DNA of 64,000 bases from positions 1 to 64,000 of the forward strand of contig CAVPNL010000001.1 of NCBI GenBank assembly GCA_963706575.1. Reading direction: 5' to 3'. This DNA comes from an uncultured delta proteobacterium. GTDB lineage: Bacteria > Desulfobacterota > Desulfobacteria > Desulfobacterales > JAHEIW01. The stretch's first letter is position 1, and every line of letters starts with the position of its first letter. Made by a program: the position numbers and the translations under genes. The notes beneath the pieces were generated by a model. The model made no database searches. It worked only from the letters and a program-made list of their open reading frames with translations, and was not told where the DNA came from. Of this stretch, positions 39,859 through 50,528 are shown piece after piece.

Positions 39859-40638
39859 ATGCTGAGCAAACGCATCATACCCTGCCTGGATGTACGGGAA
39901 GGAAAGACCACCAAAGGCATCAAGTTCAAAAATAATGTGGACATTGGTGATCCGGTTGATATGGCCCGGCTCTATTACGAAGCCGGAGCCGATGAAATTG
40001 TTTTTTATGACATCACGGCATCCCATGAAAAACGGAATATCATGTTGGACGTCGTCAAACGTGTGGCAGAGACCATATTTATCCCTTTTTCCGTTGGGGG
40101 CGGGATTCGGACAGTTGAGGACATGCGAAAGGTGCTTTTGGCCGGTGCCGAGAAAGTTAGTGTTAATAGTGCGGCGGTAAAAAATCCCGACATCATCGCA
40201 CTGGGCGCCAAGGCATTCGGCAGTCAGTGCATTGTTCTGGGCATGGATGCCAAATTTGTGGGCGAGAACGAAAAAACGCCGTCGGGTTATGAGATTTACA
40301 TCAACGGCGGAAGAACACCCATGGGAATTGACGCCTTGAGTTGGGCGACTGAAGCCCAAAAACTCGGTGCGGGTGAGATCTGTTTGAATTCAATTGATGC
40401 CGATGGAACCAAAGACGGATATGAACTGAACCTGACGACGATGATTTCTGAAAATGTCGATATTCCGGTGATTGCCTCCGGCGGCGCCGGTACACCCGAA
40501 CATCTATGCGATGTGCTCACCAGGGCCAAAGCCGATGCAGCCTTAATTGCTTCCATGGTCCATTATGGGACCTATACGATAACCGAAATCAAGTTATTTC
40601 TGGCAAAGAACTCGGTTAAGATTCGTAAAACCTGGTGA
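39859..40638 (+). CDS. hisF: Imidazole glycerol phosphate synthase, cyclase subunit
   Basis: [34 protein letters not shown]. Confidence 0.97.
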   Translation: MLSKRIIPCLDVREGKTTKGIKFKNNVDIGDPVDMARLYYEAGADEIVFYDITASHEKRNIMLDVVKRVAETIFIPFSVGGGIRTVEDMRKVLLAGAEKVSVNSAAVKNPDIIALGAKAFGSQCIVLGMDAKFVGENEKTPSGYEIYINGGRTPMGIDALSWATEAQKLGAGEICLNSIDADGTKDGYELNLTTMISENVDIPVIASGGAGTPEHLCDVLTRAKADAALIASMVHYGTYTITEIKLFLAKNSVKIRKTW

Positions 40639-40798
40639 GAATATTAAGAATTCTGGCATAAAAGGCAGGTGGGGGGGGACAGGATATACGGGTGCCAATC
40701 ACCCCCAAAGGGGTGGATTGACCCGGTATAAATATGACTGTTCGACCGGTTAACGTATTACAGTTTTAATGAAATGGCGGATATTGCTTAATGATTAA

Positions 40799-41092
40799 TT
40801 AAGCCATTTCATTTGACAGTACGTATCCAGGGGGAGTTTTGCGAACAATTTCCCCGTTTTCGTTATATTCCTCGACAATGATGTCGCCGTCTTCGAATGT
40901 GTTTTTCCGTGTCGTCTCTTCGTCTTTTTTTAAATTCATTTCGGATTTGGAACTGTCTTCCGTTTTTTCAACGGGTCTTTTCCCTTTAACTTGATCGCTT
41001 TTCTTCACAGCGATCTGCTGGTCATACATCTCGCTGTCATAATTTGCGCGCACCGTGTGTTGCATGGTGGCTTCTCCAATAGCATGTAACAT
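40799..41092 (-). CDS. Hypothetical protein, FlaG-like C-terminus
   Basis: GGAGG RBS; C-terminal IIVEEYNENGEIVRKTPP resembles FlaG. Confidence 0.6.
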   Translation of the reverse strand: MLHAIGEATMQHTVRANYDSEMYDQQIAVKKSDQVKGKRPVEKTEDSSKSEMNLKKDEETTRKNTFEDGDIIVEEYNENGEIVRKTPPGYVLSNEMA

Positions 41093-41146
41093 GATGCCCT
41101 CCTTTGGTTTGATGAGCCCTCCTGACCCATATGCTGCTGCTGACGG

Positions 41147-41569
41147 TTAAATGTCAGCATCTTTTTCAACCGCGTCTTTTGCCAATTGTTCGAGCCGGTC
41201 AATCAGAAATTTCGTATCTTTGACCGATAACGCGGTTGTTCTCTTTTTATTGAGGTCGTCGATCACATTAAATACGAACCCGGTTTCTTTTTTGTTGTCG
41301 GGATCAAGGCTGTTTTTTGCATTTTCTCGGGGCTGATTTTGTTCCTGTGTCATCATTTCGCTTTTAGAGCCATAGCGGGAAATTTTATTTAAAATGTCTT
41401 GCGCGACCCTCTCAATTATGGCCCTGCGTCTGCCCTCGGTTGAAAGATTAATTTGATCCAGCTGTTGTTTTTCATTTCCCGGTTTCGGCTTTTGGGTATT
41501 TCTGTCCTGACTGAGTTGTTTGCTGTAAACGTTTAACACATTATGGATCTGATAACTGGACACAAACAT
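41147..41569 (-). CDS. DVU0524-like (FlgM-associated) protein
   Basis: MFVSSYQIHNVLNVYSKQL...DQINLSTEGRR; AGGAG RBS. Confidence 0.65.
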   Translation of the reverse strand: MFVSSYQIHNVLNVYSKQLSQDRNTQKPKPGNEKQQLDQINLSTEGRRRAIIERVAQDILNKISRYGSKSEMMTQEQNQPRENAKNSLDPDNKKETGFVFNVIDDLNKKRTTALSVKDTKFLIDRLEQLAKDAVEKDADI

Positions 41570-41592
41570 TTGGCAATTTTCTCCTGTATTTT

Positions 41593-41620
41593 CTATCGGT
41601 CGAACTTTAAACAAACTTTA
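41593..41620 (-). promoter_or_regulatory. Putative sigma28 (FliA) promoter
   Basis: Minus strand TAAAGTTT-12 nt-ACCGATAG vs consensus TAAAGTTT-11-GCCGATAA. Confidence 0.5.
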
Positions 41621-41816
41621 GGGAAAAATGGATCAGGGCGGGTGGTACTTTATATAACTATCTAATTATTTTATAAATATTTGAATAACAGAGATGGGGT
41701 CGGTAGGATGCCGACGGGGAGAATGGTCTTAATTTTTTGATAGGAAAATCGATAGGGACAGTTATGCCACAGACAATCGACACGGTCAAACCCGATATAT
41801 TCGTAAGCGCTTCCCG

Positions 41817-43118
41817 CTAATCGTCGAAGTCGCCGCCCGGGCCTTTATCGCTGCCGATTTTAGCAGCATGTTTCTGGATGAACTCCGGTGTCCATTTTTC
41901 AGGGTCTTCAATTCGCTGTGCTTTCGGTTTGCTTGCGTAAGATCCAGTATCGAGGATGGTTTCGATGGCCAGTGGTGCGGTGTTTTCAGCATTAAAAACG
42001 TTGACGATCATGTTAAAGGCAAAATCTTCAACCCGTTTTATCATTCTTTCCCGGATTTCCCGGGGTTGGCCGAGCAGTTTATTTTCAAAAGGCAGGTTCA
42101 GTTTTTTAAAGTTGCCGCCTTTATATCCCTGCGCATCGGCGTAGGCTAACATTTCAGACCACATCTGTTCGGTAACCCCGGCGTCTTTAACTTTTTTGAA
42201 GTTGCCGTCATCATCGAGGATGGCATTGCCGTAATCATTGACTTCCAGACCCCATGAAATCATTTGCAGCGCTGTTGCGACATTGGCTTTGGTGGTTCGG
42301 GTGTTGGCGGCAATCTCCCGCAGGCGATCTGAATTATTGCCGGAAGTTCCGTGTTGTGCCCCTGAAATATGGTAATCACTTAACGCTTCATGAATTTGTT
42401 TGGTTAATTCGACCTGTATGCCCTGACCACTGGCCTCAATCCCATGGGTGGTGCCGTTGTTTAATGCGATCCAATCCGGAAAGATGCCGTGGGCGTTTAA
42501 GCCCTGAATAAGAAACAGGGCTTCCTCCACGGTAGAAAGTCCTTCTTTTCCTTTAATTTCACCGACTTCAGTTTCAAGCCCGGCCCATTCGGGGACATAC
42601 TTGCCCAGCGCGATGCTGGCCAACAGGTTTTTATCATCCGCCATATGGGATGCATCTATGGCTGCAGAGGTCATGCCGGCTTCGAAAAGGGTGGGGATTT
42701 CCACTTTGGCGGATTCAATATCAGCATCGTTTTTAATTCCGTAATGGTCGGCATGAATAGCCACCGGGACGGTGATACCGAGTTCGTTGCAGGCGGCATC
42801 TACGATACGGGCGATGTTCCAGTAATTGACGGCGCAATAGGCATCGGCTCCGCCTTCGGACTTGGCGATTTCGATGATCAGGGCGGCATTGGCCCGTTGA
42901 GCGGCTTGCAGGGCGCCGCGGATAACGAGGCTGTTTCTGCCGTTGGCTGCCATGGCAATCGCCTGGCCCTTGGCCAGCGCGGCCCGATCAATAAATTTGC
43001 CGCTAACAATCAAAGCCCTGGAATTCGGAAATAGCTTTACGATATTTGGCGGACGGCCAATTCTAAGGGCTTCATCAAAATGAACAGGTTTTCCAATTCC
43101 AGAGCCTTGTGGGGACAT
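41817..43118 (-). CDS. fba: Class II fructose-bisphosphate aldolase
   Basis: HADH, IDASH, ETEVGEI, NNGTTHG, QHGTSG, KANVATA. Confidence 0.88.
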   Translation of the reverse strand: MSPQGSGIGKPVHFDEALRIGRPPNIVKLFPNSRALIVSGKFIDRAALAKGQAIAMAANGRNSLVIRGALQAAQRANAALIIEIAKSEGGADAYCAVNYWNIARIVDAACNELGITVPVAIHADHYGIKNDADIESAKVEIPTLFEAGMTSAAIDASHMADDKNLLASIALGKYVPEWAGLETEVGEIKGKEGLSTVEEALFLIQGLNAHGIFPDWIALNNGTTHGIEASGQGIQVELTKQIHEALSDYHISGAQHGTSGNNSDRLREIAANTRTTKANVATALQMISWGLEVNDYGNAILDDDGNFKKVKDAGVTEQMWSEMLAYADAQGYKGGNFKKLNLPFENKLLGQPREIRERMIKRVEDFAFNMIVNVFNAENTAPLAIETILDTGSYASKPKAQRIEDPEKWTPEFIQKHAAKIGSDKGPGGDFDD

Positions 43119-43130
43119 GGTTGTTCCTCC

Positions 43131-43394
43131 TCATGCATAAATATCGAGTTGGCGCCCCACCCGATCCGCATCGGAATAGTAAAGGCATTGGCTGGAATCG
43201 TACCGGTTATCAGACATATCGAAATGGACGGCACTCACCTTGATATCCGGACGCGGCTGTCGAAGCCGATTATGCCGCTCTATCGATTCCTGCCCGGGAT
43301 GTTGATTGGCCAGTGCCTTTTCCGGGGTATAGGGCTGGATCGGATAATGATGTTCGGGATAGGGTATCAGATTGTAATTTGAAGAAACAACCAT
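43131..43394 (-). CDS. Hypothetical protein
   Basis: GGAAGG RBS; co-oriented; C-terminal GRQLDIYA motif. Confidence 0.55.
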   Translation of the reverse strand: MVVSSNYNLIPYPEHHYPIQPYTPEKALANQHPGQESIERHNRLRQPRPDIKVSAVHFDMSDNRYDSSQCLYYSDADRVGRQLDIYA

Positions 43395-43437
43395 CTGCCT
43401 TCCGATAAGGTGTTGTTTGACAAGTGTTGTTTAAAAA

Positions 43438-43725
43438 TTATCCGTATTGATAAATCTCGTAAATTGTCTCTTCATTCAGCCGGGCATCAATTTCGTTTTG
43501 AACTTCGATTCTCTCGCGGGAAACCACCCATTCCCTCCACTCATCAAGGGATTGCCAGGTACTGATAACCAAATATTTGCCGGGGCTATCTATTTTTTTT
43601 AAGGTTTCACCGGAAATATATCCGGGCTGGTTGGTCGCTAGATTCCGTAAGCGCCTGAAAAGAGGCAATAAATCATTTATCCTCTCTTCAGCGATGACCC
43701 GTCTGATAAAAATTTTAACGGCCAT
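43438..43725 (-). CDS. Antibiotic biosynthesis monooxygenase-family protein
   Basis: QPGYISGETL, LVISTWQSLDEW. Confidence 0.85.
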   Translation of the reverse strand: MAVKIFIRRVIAEERINDLLPLFRRLRNLATNQPGYISGETLKKIDSPGKYLVISTWQSLDEWREWVVSRERIEVQNEIDARLNEETIYEIYQYG

Positions 43726-43964
43726 GAGACTTCCCTAAATCCAAATGATGATCAGGTAAAGCGAGAATAAGGAAAAAAGCGGGGGGCTGTCAAGTAAAAA
43801 TTGCTTTAAATACCAATTAATTATTTTTATTTCAGCCTGCTGGAAGGCCTGCGGGTTGGGTGCTGAGCCCTTGCAGGTCAGAACATATTGATGGCGTATG
43901 AAACGTTAAGGTGAAGAAGATTCTAGGGCCACGAAAATTCAAATAAAATTAGAATATTCGGGAG

Positions 43965-44504
43965 TTATTGGGTTTGATTTTTTGAATTTTGCTGTGTGAT
44001 TCTCTGGTTATACGCATCGACCTGGGCTTTGTAGTCTTTTCCTTTTTCCTGATAGGCAGCTACGCGTTTGTTCAGGCTATCGACCTTTTTATTGAATTCG
44101 AGGATTTGATCCCCGGTTTTCGCCTGTTTTTTGTCTTCGGCAAGCTGCTGCCTCTCTTTCAGCAGGGCCTCATATTCCTGGTCTATTTCACTTTTTAGCG
44201 CATCGATTCGCTTTTTAACATCTTCAAGGCTTTCCGATTCATCATCTGACAGGTCAGAATTTGTTTCCTGATCTTCGGAAGTCTGTTCTGGCTTATTTTC
44301 CAGGGCAGTTTTCTGCTCGGTGGGGTTTTGGCTTTCCGATTCGATATAACTGCGAATTTTAGCCCGTTGCGCTTCCGGCACCTGGTTAATATCATCGGTG
44401 AAGTGGACGTTGCCTTCGTCATCCACGTATTTATAGAATTCAGCAGATGCGCTTACTGAAAACATCAAAAAGGTGATGATGATAAAAATCTTGAGATATT
44501 TCAT
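43965..44504 (-). CDS. DUF4124-domain exported protein
   Basis: Signal peptide, AEFYKYVDDEGNVHFTD, coiled-coil tail. Confidence 0.82.
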   Translation of the reverse strand: MKYLKIFIIITFLMFSVSASAEFYKYVDDEGNVHFTDDINQVPEAQRAKIRSYIESESQNPTEQKTALENKPEQTSEDQETNSDLSDDESESLEDVKKRIDALKSEIDQEYEALLKERQQLAEDKKQAKTGDQILEFNKKVDSLNKRVAAYQEKGKDYKAQVDAYNQRITQQNSKNQTQ

Positions 44505-44762
44505 CAAAGATTTCTCCATGGTGAATGGTTATGGATGGTTTTGCCGTTAAAATATTGCTTTAACATTATTATAAAAATTTATCACATGCGGCCTCTGATT
44601 GCAAATTTGCGACCACTTCTAATCATATAACAATTTTAAGAATTTATCTGCTTATCAGATTCCTAAAATAATTTTCGACCAAAAAAGATAATACTTTAAA
44701 AAAAAAACCAGTCTGCTATCTTCGCAGATGAAGTCAGCAACCCTTCTGCGAAAGGAACCACC

Positions 44763-45998
44763 ATGCTAAGTGAAAAGGAGAAACTGGATGCCCTGGCCAC
44801 CTTAGGAATTGATTTAGGCCGGGTACAGGACCTGGATATCATGATGGAACGAATTCTTACCGAGGCGCGGCGTTTTGCCAATGCGGATGCCGGCTCCATT
44901 TATATCCGAGAAAAAGACTTATTGCATTTTGCTTATACGCAAAACGACACTCTGCAACAGCGTCTGGCCGACGGTGAAAAACTAATCTATTCAACCTTCC
45001 ACATGCCCATCAATGAGGAAAGCATTGCCGGCTACGTAGCTGCCACGGGAAAACCGCTGAATCTGCCCGACGTTTATTCCATCGACCCCGCCAGTCCGTA
45101 TCATTTCAGCAAGGTATTCGATAAAAAGACACACTATACCACTCGATCGGTGCTGACGATTCCACTGAAAAATCATAATGATGATATCATCGGTATCCTT
45201 CAAATAATAAATGCTGAAGATGAGGCTAAAAATGTCGTGGCCTTTTCTCAAAATGATGAGAAAATGATGCTTCACTTTGCCAGTATTGCAGCGGTCGCGC
45301 TGGAGCGGGCTCAAATGACCCGTGCGATTTTGCTGCGAATGATACGCATGGCGGAGATGCGTGATCCTAAAGAAACCGGTGCGCATGTAAACCGCGTTGG
45401 CGGCTATGCGGTGGAGCTTTACGAACGCTGGGCCAAAAGACGCCATTTAAGTCAGAAGGAGGTCGATAAGCATCGGGATATCCTGAGAATGGCGGCAATG
45501 CTTCATGATGTTGGCAAAATTGCCATCTCTGATCTAATCCTTAAAAAGCCCGGCCGCTTAAACGAAGAAGAATACCAAATCATGAAACAGCACACGGTGC
45601 TGGGAGCCCAGCTGTTCTCTGACCGCCAGTCGGATTTTGATGAAGCCGCGGCTCAGGTTGCCTTAAACCATCATGAACGCTGGGACGGTGTCGGTTATCC
45701 AGGACATGTTGACGTTCAAACCGGACAGGCGTTGAGGGGCTTTGAACAACCGGACGGTCGCACGATCGGGAAAAAAGCAGAGGAAATCCCGCTTTACGGG
45801 AGGATTGTTGCCCTGGCGGACGTGTACGATGCGCTTTCATCGGTGCGCGTCTATAAGGAAGCCTGGGACGAATCCAAAGTACTTGATGAGATCGAAAGTG
45901 AATCCGGCCGCCAATTTGATCCGGAACTGGTGGAAATATTTTTTTCCGGCCTCGACTTTCTGCGCACGGTGCAGCGAAGGTATCAAGATAAAGATTAG
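44763..45998 (+). CDS. GAF + HD-GYP c-di-GMP phosphodiesterase
   Basis: GAF domain; ETGAHVNR, LHDVGK, HHERWDGVGYP, ADVYDAL. Confidence 0.92.
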   Translation: MLSEKEKLDALATLGIDLGRVQDLDIMMERILTEARRFANADAGSIYIREKDLLHFAYTQNDTLQQRLADGEKLIYSTFHMPINEESIAGYVAATGKPLNLPDVYSIDPASPYHFSKVFDKKTHYTTRSVLTIPLKNHNDDIIGILQIINAEDEAKNVVAFSQNDEKMMLHFASIAAVALERAQMTRAILLRMIRMAEMRDPKETGAHVNRVGGYAVELYERWAKRRHLSQKEVDKHRDILRMAAMLHDVGKIAISDLILKKPGRLNEEEYQIMKQHTVLGAQLFSDRQSDFDEAAAQVALNHHERWDGVGYPGHVDVQTGQALRGFEQPDGRTIGKKAEEIPLYGRIVALADVYDALSSVRVYKEAWDESKVLDEIESESGRQFDPELVEIFFSGLDFLRTVQRRYQDKD

Positions 45999-46226
45999 GA
46001 CTGAGGACTGAGTGCTGAGGTCTGAGGTATATCGAAATAGAAAAGGGCGAAAATGGCCGTGCCAGCTCATGACGGAAAACGACAACTCATGGTCCCAGGA
46101 GGACGATTCATGACGGAAATCGACACTTCATGTTGAAATGGTCGGCCCCCAAGCAGGCTTTTGTGCTCAGTCCTCAGCACTCAGTCCTTATTTTCCCTGA
46201 CACCTGGAACCTGACACCCGAAACCT
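45997..46226. repeat. Intergenic palindrome with (CTGAGnn) and (CCTGACA) heptamer arms
   Basis: GGACTGAGGACTGAGTGCTGAG ... CTCAGTCCTCAGCACTCAGTCC, CCTGACACCTGGAACCTGACACC. Confidence 0.7.
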
Positions 46227-46332
46227 TATTTTATTATCCACCGTTTGATGATATATATAAGAACCAGTTTCATTCCTTTAAAACCAATAACCAATAACGC
46301 CATTTAAAAATATGAGGATATCGCTACGATTT

Positions 46333-48315
46333 ATGAAGACCAACCGCATCATCATTATTTTTTATCTTCTTTTGGTTCTCAGCGCATGCGTGCAAAAACC
46401 CCCGGTTACCACCGAACCCGCTCCCATCGGCGTTGAAGATGAGCTTTTTACTGCAGCCGAGAAAATGTTTGAATTTCAAGACTACCCCCAGTCTCTGGAG
46501 ACTTATCGAGCTTATGTCAACCAATATCCTGACAGACCTCTGGCTCCCGCGGCTTTGATGAAAATCGGCAAAATTAATTCTATTTTAGGCAACTATGTTG
46601 AATCGCGTCGCGCCTATAACCGCGTGATTTCAGAATACCCTCGGAGTTCTTTCAACCCGGATGCCCGGGTGGAGATTTTGTTTACACTTTACCAGGAAGG
46701 CGCTTATTCAGCGGTTATTGAACAGGCATCCGACGTTTTGCGAAGTCTTTATTCGGCCCCACACATTTTCCGGACCTATGCAATGGTGGGTGATGCTTAC
46801 CTGGCGCTCGGATCGCCGGCAAATGCCTTCAAATACTATGTCGAAGCCCAACAAATGGCTTCAGAGCTGGAACAGGAAGCCATCACCCAGAAAATAAAAA
46901 CATCCATTGCCCAGCTTGATTCAGCAACCATACTCGAGCTACTCAAAAGCCGGGAAATATATTTATCCCGGGAATATCTGATGTTTCAGCTGGGATTGAA
47001 CTATGCCATGGAGGAAAAATATGATGATGCCCTGGCGGCTTTTGAAAAATTTATAAATCAATACCCTGATCACGAAAATGCGGCGCTGGCTGAAGATCTG
47101 ATCCAACAGATAAAAGAAAGTGCGCTATTTAATCGCTATACCGTTGGCTGTCTGTTGCCGCTTAGCGGCCCTTATCAAGCATTCGGTTCTCGGGCTTTAA
47201 AGGGACTTGAACTTGCTCTTGAACGCTTCAGCGTCCATTCCAGCGGCCCGCAGATGAATATTGTCGTCAAAGATTCACACGGTGATCCGGATCAAACGCG
47301 CCTGGCGATGCAGGAATTGATCAATGAGAAGGTCGCCGCCATCATCGGCCCCATTGTCACCGCCGAAGTTGCTGCTGCCGAAGCCCAGGCAAACGGAATT
47401 CCCATCATTACTTTAACTCAGAAGGACAATATCACCTCAATTGGCGATTATGTTTTCCGGAACTTTATTACCCCGGAAATGCAGGTAAAGACCCTGACCG
47501 ATTTCACCATCAATACACTCGGTTTGAAGCGGTTTGCGATTCTATACCCCGATGAGACTTACGGCATCACATTTATGAATTTATTCTGGGATCGGTTGCT
47601 TGAGAATGGGGGGAAAATTGTCGGGGTCGAAGCCTACAACCCGCAGCATACGGATTTTGCCGATCCCATCAAAAAACTTATCGGGCTGTATTATGATATT
47701 CCTGAGGATTTGAAAGAAGTGGAACAATTGCACTGGGAAGAAGGTGAGAATCAAAGAGATGCGGGCTCACCATTTGATCAGGATAACCCATATGGAAATC
47801 AGAAACAAAAAACGGAGGATGAAGAACCGGAGGCAATTGTTGATTTTGATGCCATATTCATTCCGGATTCACCCCGGACAGCCGGCCTGATTATTCCGCA
47901 GTTGGCGTTTTATGATGTCAAAGATATTTATCTGTTGGGCACGAATGTGTGGCATTCGGATACCTTGATCAAAATGGCCGCCAAGTACGTTCAAGGCGCT
48001 ATTATGCCCGATGGTTTTTTTGCGGAAAGCTCGGCACCTGCTGTGCAGGATTTCGTCCAGATTTTCGAAGAGACTTATCAGGAAAAGCCGGGATTCATTG
48101 AAGCGGTGGTATATGATTCAGCCATGATGATCTTCAGTGTGCTTAATAAACCCGAGCTGAGATTTAAAAGTGAACTGAAAAATGAACTCTTAAATATGGC
48201 GGGTTTTTCGGGCATCAGCGGCCCTATCTATTTTGATGAGAATGGAGAGGCGCAAAAGCAGCTGTATCTTCTGAGGATCAAAGGGAGGAAGTTTGTAGAA
48301 CTGGAACAGGATTAA
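46333..48315 (+). CDS. Lipoprotein with TPR repeats and periplasmic-binding domain (LpoA/LppC-like PBP activator)
   Basis: LSAC lipobox, TPRs, VGCLLPLSG, FDAIFIPD. Confidence 0.82.
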   Translation: MKTNRIIIIFYLLLVLSACVQKPPVTTEPAPIGVEDELFTAAEKMFEFQDYPQSLETYRAYVNQYPDRPLAPAALMKIGKINSILGNYVESRRAYNRVISEYPRSSFNPDARVEILFTLYQEGAYSAVIEQASDVLRSLYSAPHIFRTYAMVGDAYLALGSPANAFKYYVEAQQMASELEQEAITQKIKTSIAQLDSATILELLKSREIYLSREYLMFQLGLNYAMEEKYDDALAAFEKFINQYPDHENAALAEDLIQQIKESALFNRYTVGCLLPLSGPYQAFGSRALKGLELALERFSVHSSGPQMNIVVKDSHGDPDQTRLAMQELINEKVAAIIGPIVTAEVAAAEAQANGIPIITLTQKDNITSIGDYVFRNFITPEMQVKTLTDFTINTLGLKRFAILYPDETYGITFMNLFWDRLLENGGKIVGVEAYNPQHTDFADPIKKLIGLYYDIPEDLKEVEQLHWEEGENQRDAGSPFDQDNPYGNQKQKTEDEEPEAIVDFDAIFIPDSPRTAGLIIPQLAFYDVKDIYLLGTNVWHSDTLIKMAAKYVQGAIMPDGFFAESSAPAVQDFVQIFEETYQEKPGFIEAVVYDSAMMIFSVLNKPELRFKSELKNELLNMAGFSGISGPIYFDENGEAQKQLYLLRIKGRKFVELEQD

Positions 48316-48317
48316 AA

Positions 48318-48405
48318 TGTTTTTAGTGTTTAGTATTTAGTGTTTAGTAGGAAGGATTGCGGGAAAGCGATATACCAAACACCAAACACTAAATACTAAA
48401 CACTA
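48318..48405. repeat. Intergenic palindrome with (TAGTGTT) heptamer arms
   Basis: TTTAGTGTTTAGTATTTAGTGTTTAG ... CCAAACACTAAATACTAAACACTA between convergent genes. Confidence 0.72.
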
Positions 48406-48423
48406 TCCCCCTAAACACCATCT

Positions 48424-49749
48424 CTACTCATTCTTAAGTGATCCCTGCCCGGTTGCTCCCAGCGCGCTGCGCCATAGACTGCCTTTCGGATCGATTTGTT
48501 TGCGTTTCCCGGCCACCGTTTTCATGGGGACGTGCACAAAGTTGTTATTCCAGTGCCCGATTAGCAGGTTTGTTTTGCCGGCCATACCGGCGTGGACCGC
48601 ATTGCGTCCCAGGAAATTACAAAAAACGCGATCGTTGGCGTTTGCCGGCAAACTCCTGATCATGTAACTCGGATCGATGTATTTGGTGGAGATATTTATG
48701 CCTTTCGCATTGAAATAAGATATAATGGCCGCCTTAAGATATATCCCAATATCTTTGAGTTTAATATTACCGGAAGCATCGCGTTCGGTTTTTTCCTTCT
48801 CAAAAAATTTTTGACCGGCCCCCTCTGCTACAACAATGACCGCATGACCTCTATCTGCCAATCGCTGCCGTAACGCTTCTAACAGCCCATTGGGCCCATT
48901 CAGGTCGAAATCGACCTCGGGGATTAAAACAAAATTGACATCCTGCTGTGCCAGCGCGGCTGTTGCCGCAATAAAGCCGGAGTGCCGGCCCATCAGCTTT
49001 AAAAGGCCAATGCCGTTTGGGTAGCCCAGGGCTTCATTATGGGCGCTCATAATTGCGCGGGTGGCAACATCGACAGCCGTATCGAAGCCAAACGAGCGAG
49101 AGACCAGAAAAATATCGTTATCAATGGTCTTGGGGATCCCGACCACGCTGATTTTCAGGTTTCGCTTCAGAATGGCATCTGCAATCCGGGTAGCGGCATT
49201 CAGCGTTCCGTCGCCCCCAATCATAAATAAGATGCCCACGTTCATGCGTTCCAGACAATCAACAATTTCCTCGACATCCTGCGGGCCTCTGGAAGATCCC
49301 AGAACCGATCCGCCCCTTTCGTGTATATTGACGACATAGTCCGGGGTCAGGTCAACAACCTGATGGCCGAATTCAGGGATGAACCCTTGAAGACCAAAGC
49401 GGATCCCATATATCGTTTGAACACTATAACCCCAATGAAGCTCCAGAACAATTGAACGGATGATATCGTTTAACCCGGGACAAAGTCCGCCGCATGTCAC
49501 CAGAGCGCAGCGCAGTTTGCTGGGATCAAAAAAAATGTTGTCTCTGGGGCCTGCCAGTTCAAAACAGGGCGGATCCTGGCCGTCTTTAATCTGCTGGATA
49601 AGGTTTAACTTGTTGACATCAATAACCACGTGTTCATTATCTGTAACAAATGTGATGCCGTTGGCACCCTTGGCGCGATTTTGAACCGGCGAAGGTATTT
49701 TGGCCTCACCCAGGATCGGTATGTCTGTCTCAATAGATGCTAAATCCAT
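48424..49749 (-). CDS. pfkA: ATP-dependent 6-phosphofructokinase
   Basis: TCGGLCPGLN, GSSRG, IGGDGT, PKTIDND, MGRHSG. Confidence 0.92.
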   Translation of the reverse strand: MDLASIETDIPILGEAKIPSPVQNRAKGANGITFVTDNEHVVIDVNKLNLIQQIKDGQDPPCFELAGPRDNIFFDPSKLRCALVTCGGLCPGLNDIIRSIVLELHWGYSVQTIYGIRFGLQGFIPEFGHQVVDLTPDYVVNIHERGGSVLGSSRGPQDVEEIVDCLERMNVGILFMIGGDGTLNAATRIADAILKRNLKISVVGIPKTIDNDIFLVSRSFGFDTAVDVATRAIMSAHNEALGYPNGIGLLKLMGRHSGFIAATAALAQQDVNFVLIPEVDFDLNGPNGLLEALRQRLADRGHAVIVVAEGAGQKFFEKEKTERDASGNIKLKDIGIYLKAAIISYFNAKGINISTKYIDPSYMIRSLPANANDRVFCNFLGRNAVHAGMAGKTNLLIGHWNNNFVHVPMKTVAGKRKQIDPKGSLWRSALGATGQGSLKNE

Positions 49750-50050
49750 AACCACCTCAAATAAAATACGTTAGCTGTCGGAGCCGCTGCGGTTTCATTG
49801 CTTTGCGGACTATCTTATCACAACTGAAAAATTTTTTTAATTTTTTATTGACAAGCTGCCTCGGCCCCATTATATTCCGGAAACTTTTTTTTAGATAATC
49901 TAAACTGGCACGTATATTACCGCAGTTTTATCCTTCGTTATTTTAACATTGAAAACCCGGTTCTCCCTCCGGGCTGTAGGCCATGCTGGCCGGAAGCTGG
50001 ATCGGGATTTTTTATTTTTTATTACTTAGCGCCGGAAGGGGGTGATTCCA

Positions 50051-50329
50051 ATGATTTGCGCAACTATTAAAAAAGGCATGGAGTGCACCTTTATGACGTC
50101 TAAAGGATGCTCCTATAATGGTGGAATTTGTAACCAGATCGTCGAGCAATGCAATGGCTGCAACCGCGGCACCGAGCTTTCTTCCGGATGGTACTGCACC
50201 GCTTGCCCGGAACCTTCCATTAAATGGAAAAACGGCAATTGTAACCTGGCGACCCATCTGGCCGTTGAATCCAATAAAGCCAAAACAAAAATTAACCCGC
50301 TGAAGGCATCCAAACGCAGAGGCAGATAG
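50051..50329 (+). CDS. PxxKW-family cysteine-rich protein
   Basis: C-rich, CPEPSIKWKNGNCNLATH, KINPLKASKR. Confidence 0.85.
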   Translation: MICATIKKGMECTFMTSKGCSYNGGICNQIVEQCNGCNRGTELSSGWYCTACPEPSIKWKNGNCNLATHLAVESNKAKTKINPLKASKRRGR

Positions 50330-50432
50330 GGGCCGATTCTCGGCACCAGCGAATTGCTTTGACGGAATGTCTGCGGCCTAATTTTGTTTGACCCATCCGC
50401 CTGGTGCGGATTGCGGCAAGATTCATTATTTC

Positions 50433-50473
50433 AAATAAAAACCCCGTCCTTGTTTAAGGCGGGGTTTTTATTT
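50433..50473. terminator. Bidirectional intrinsic terminator
   Basis: AAATAAAAACCCCGTC-loop-GGCGGGGTTTTTATTT between convergent genes. Confidence 0.8.
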
Positions 50474-50528
50474 GTTTTAAGCGGGCACGTTGAATGTTAT
50501 CCGGCAACAACGCCTTGTGCTACAAACT

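Noticed and set aside
46067..46132. CRISPR array
   Set aside because: Only two imperfect repeats with a 16-nt spacer and no cas genes; the tandem heptamer loci also lack unique spacers.
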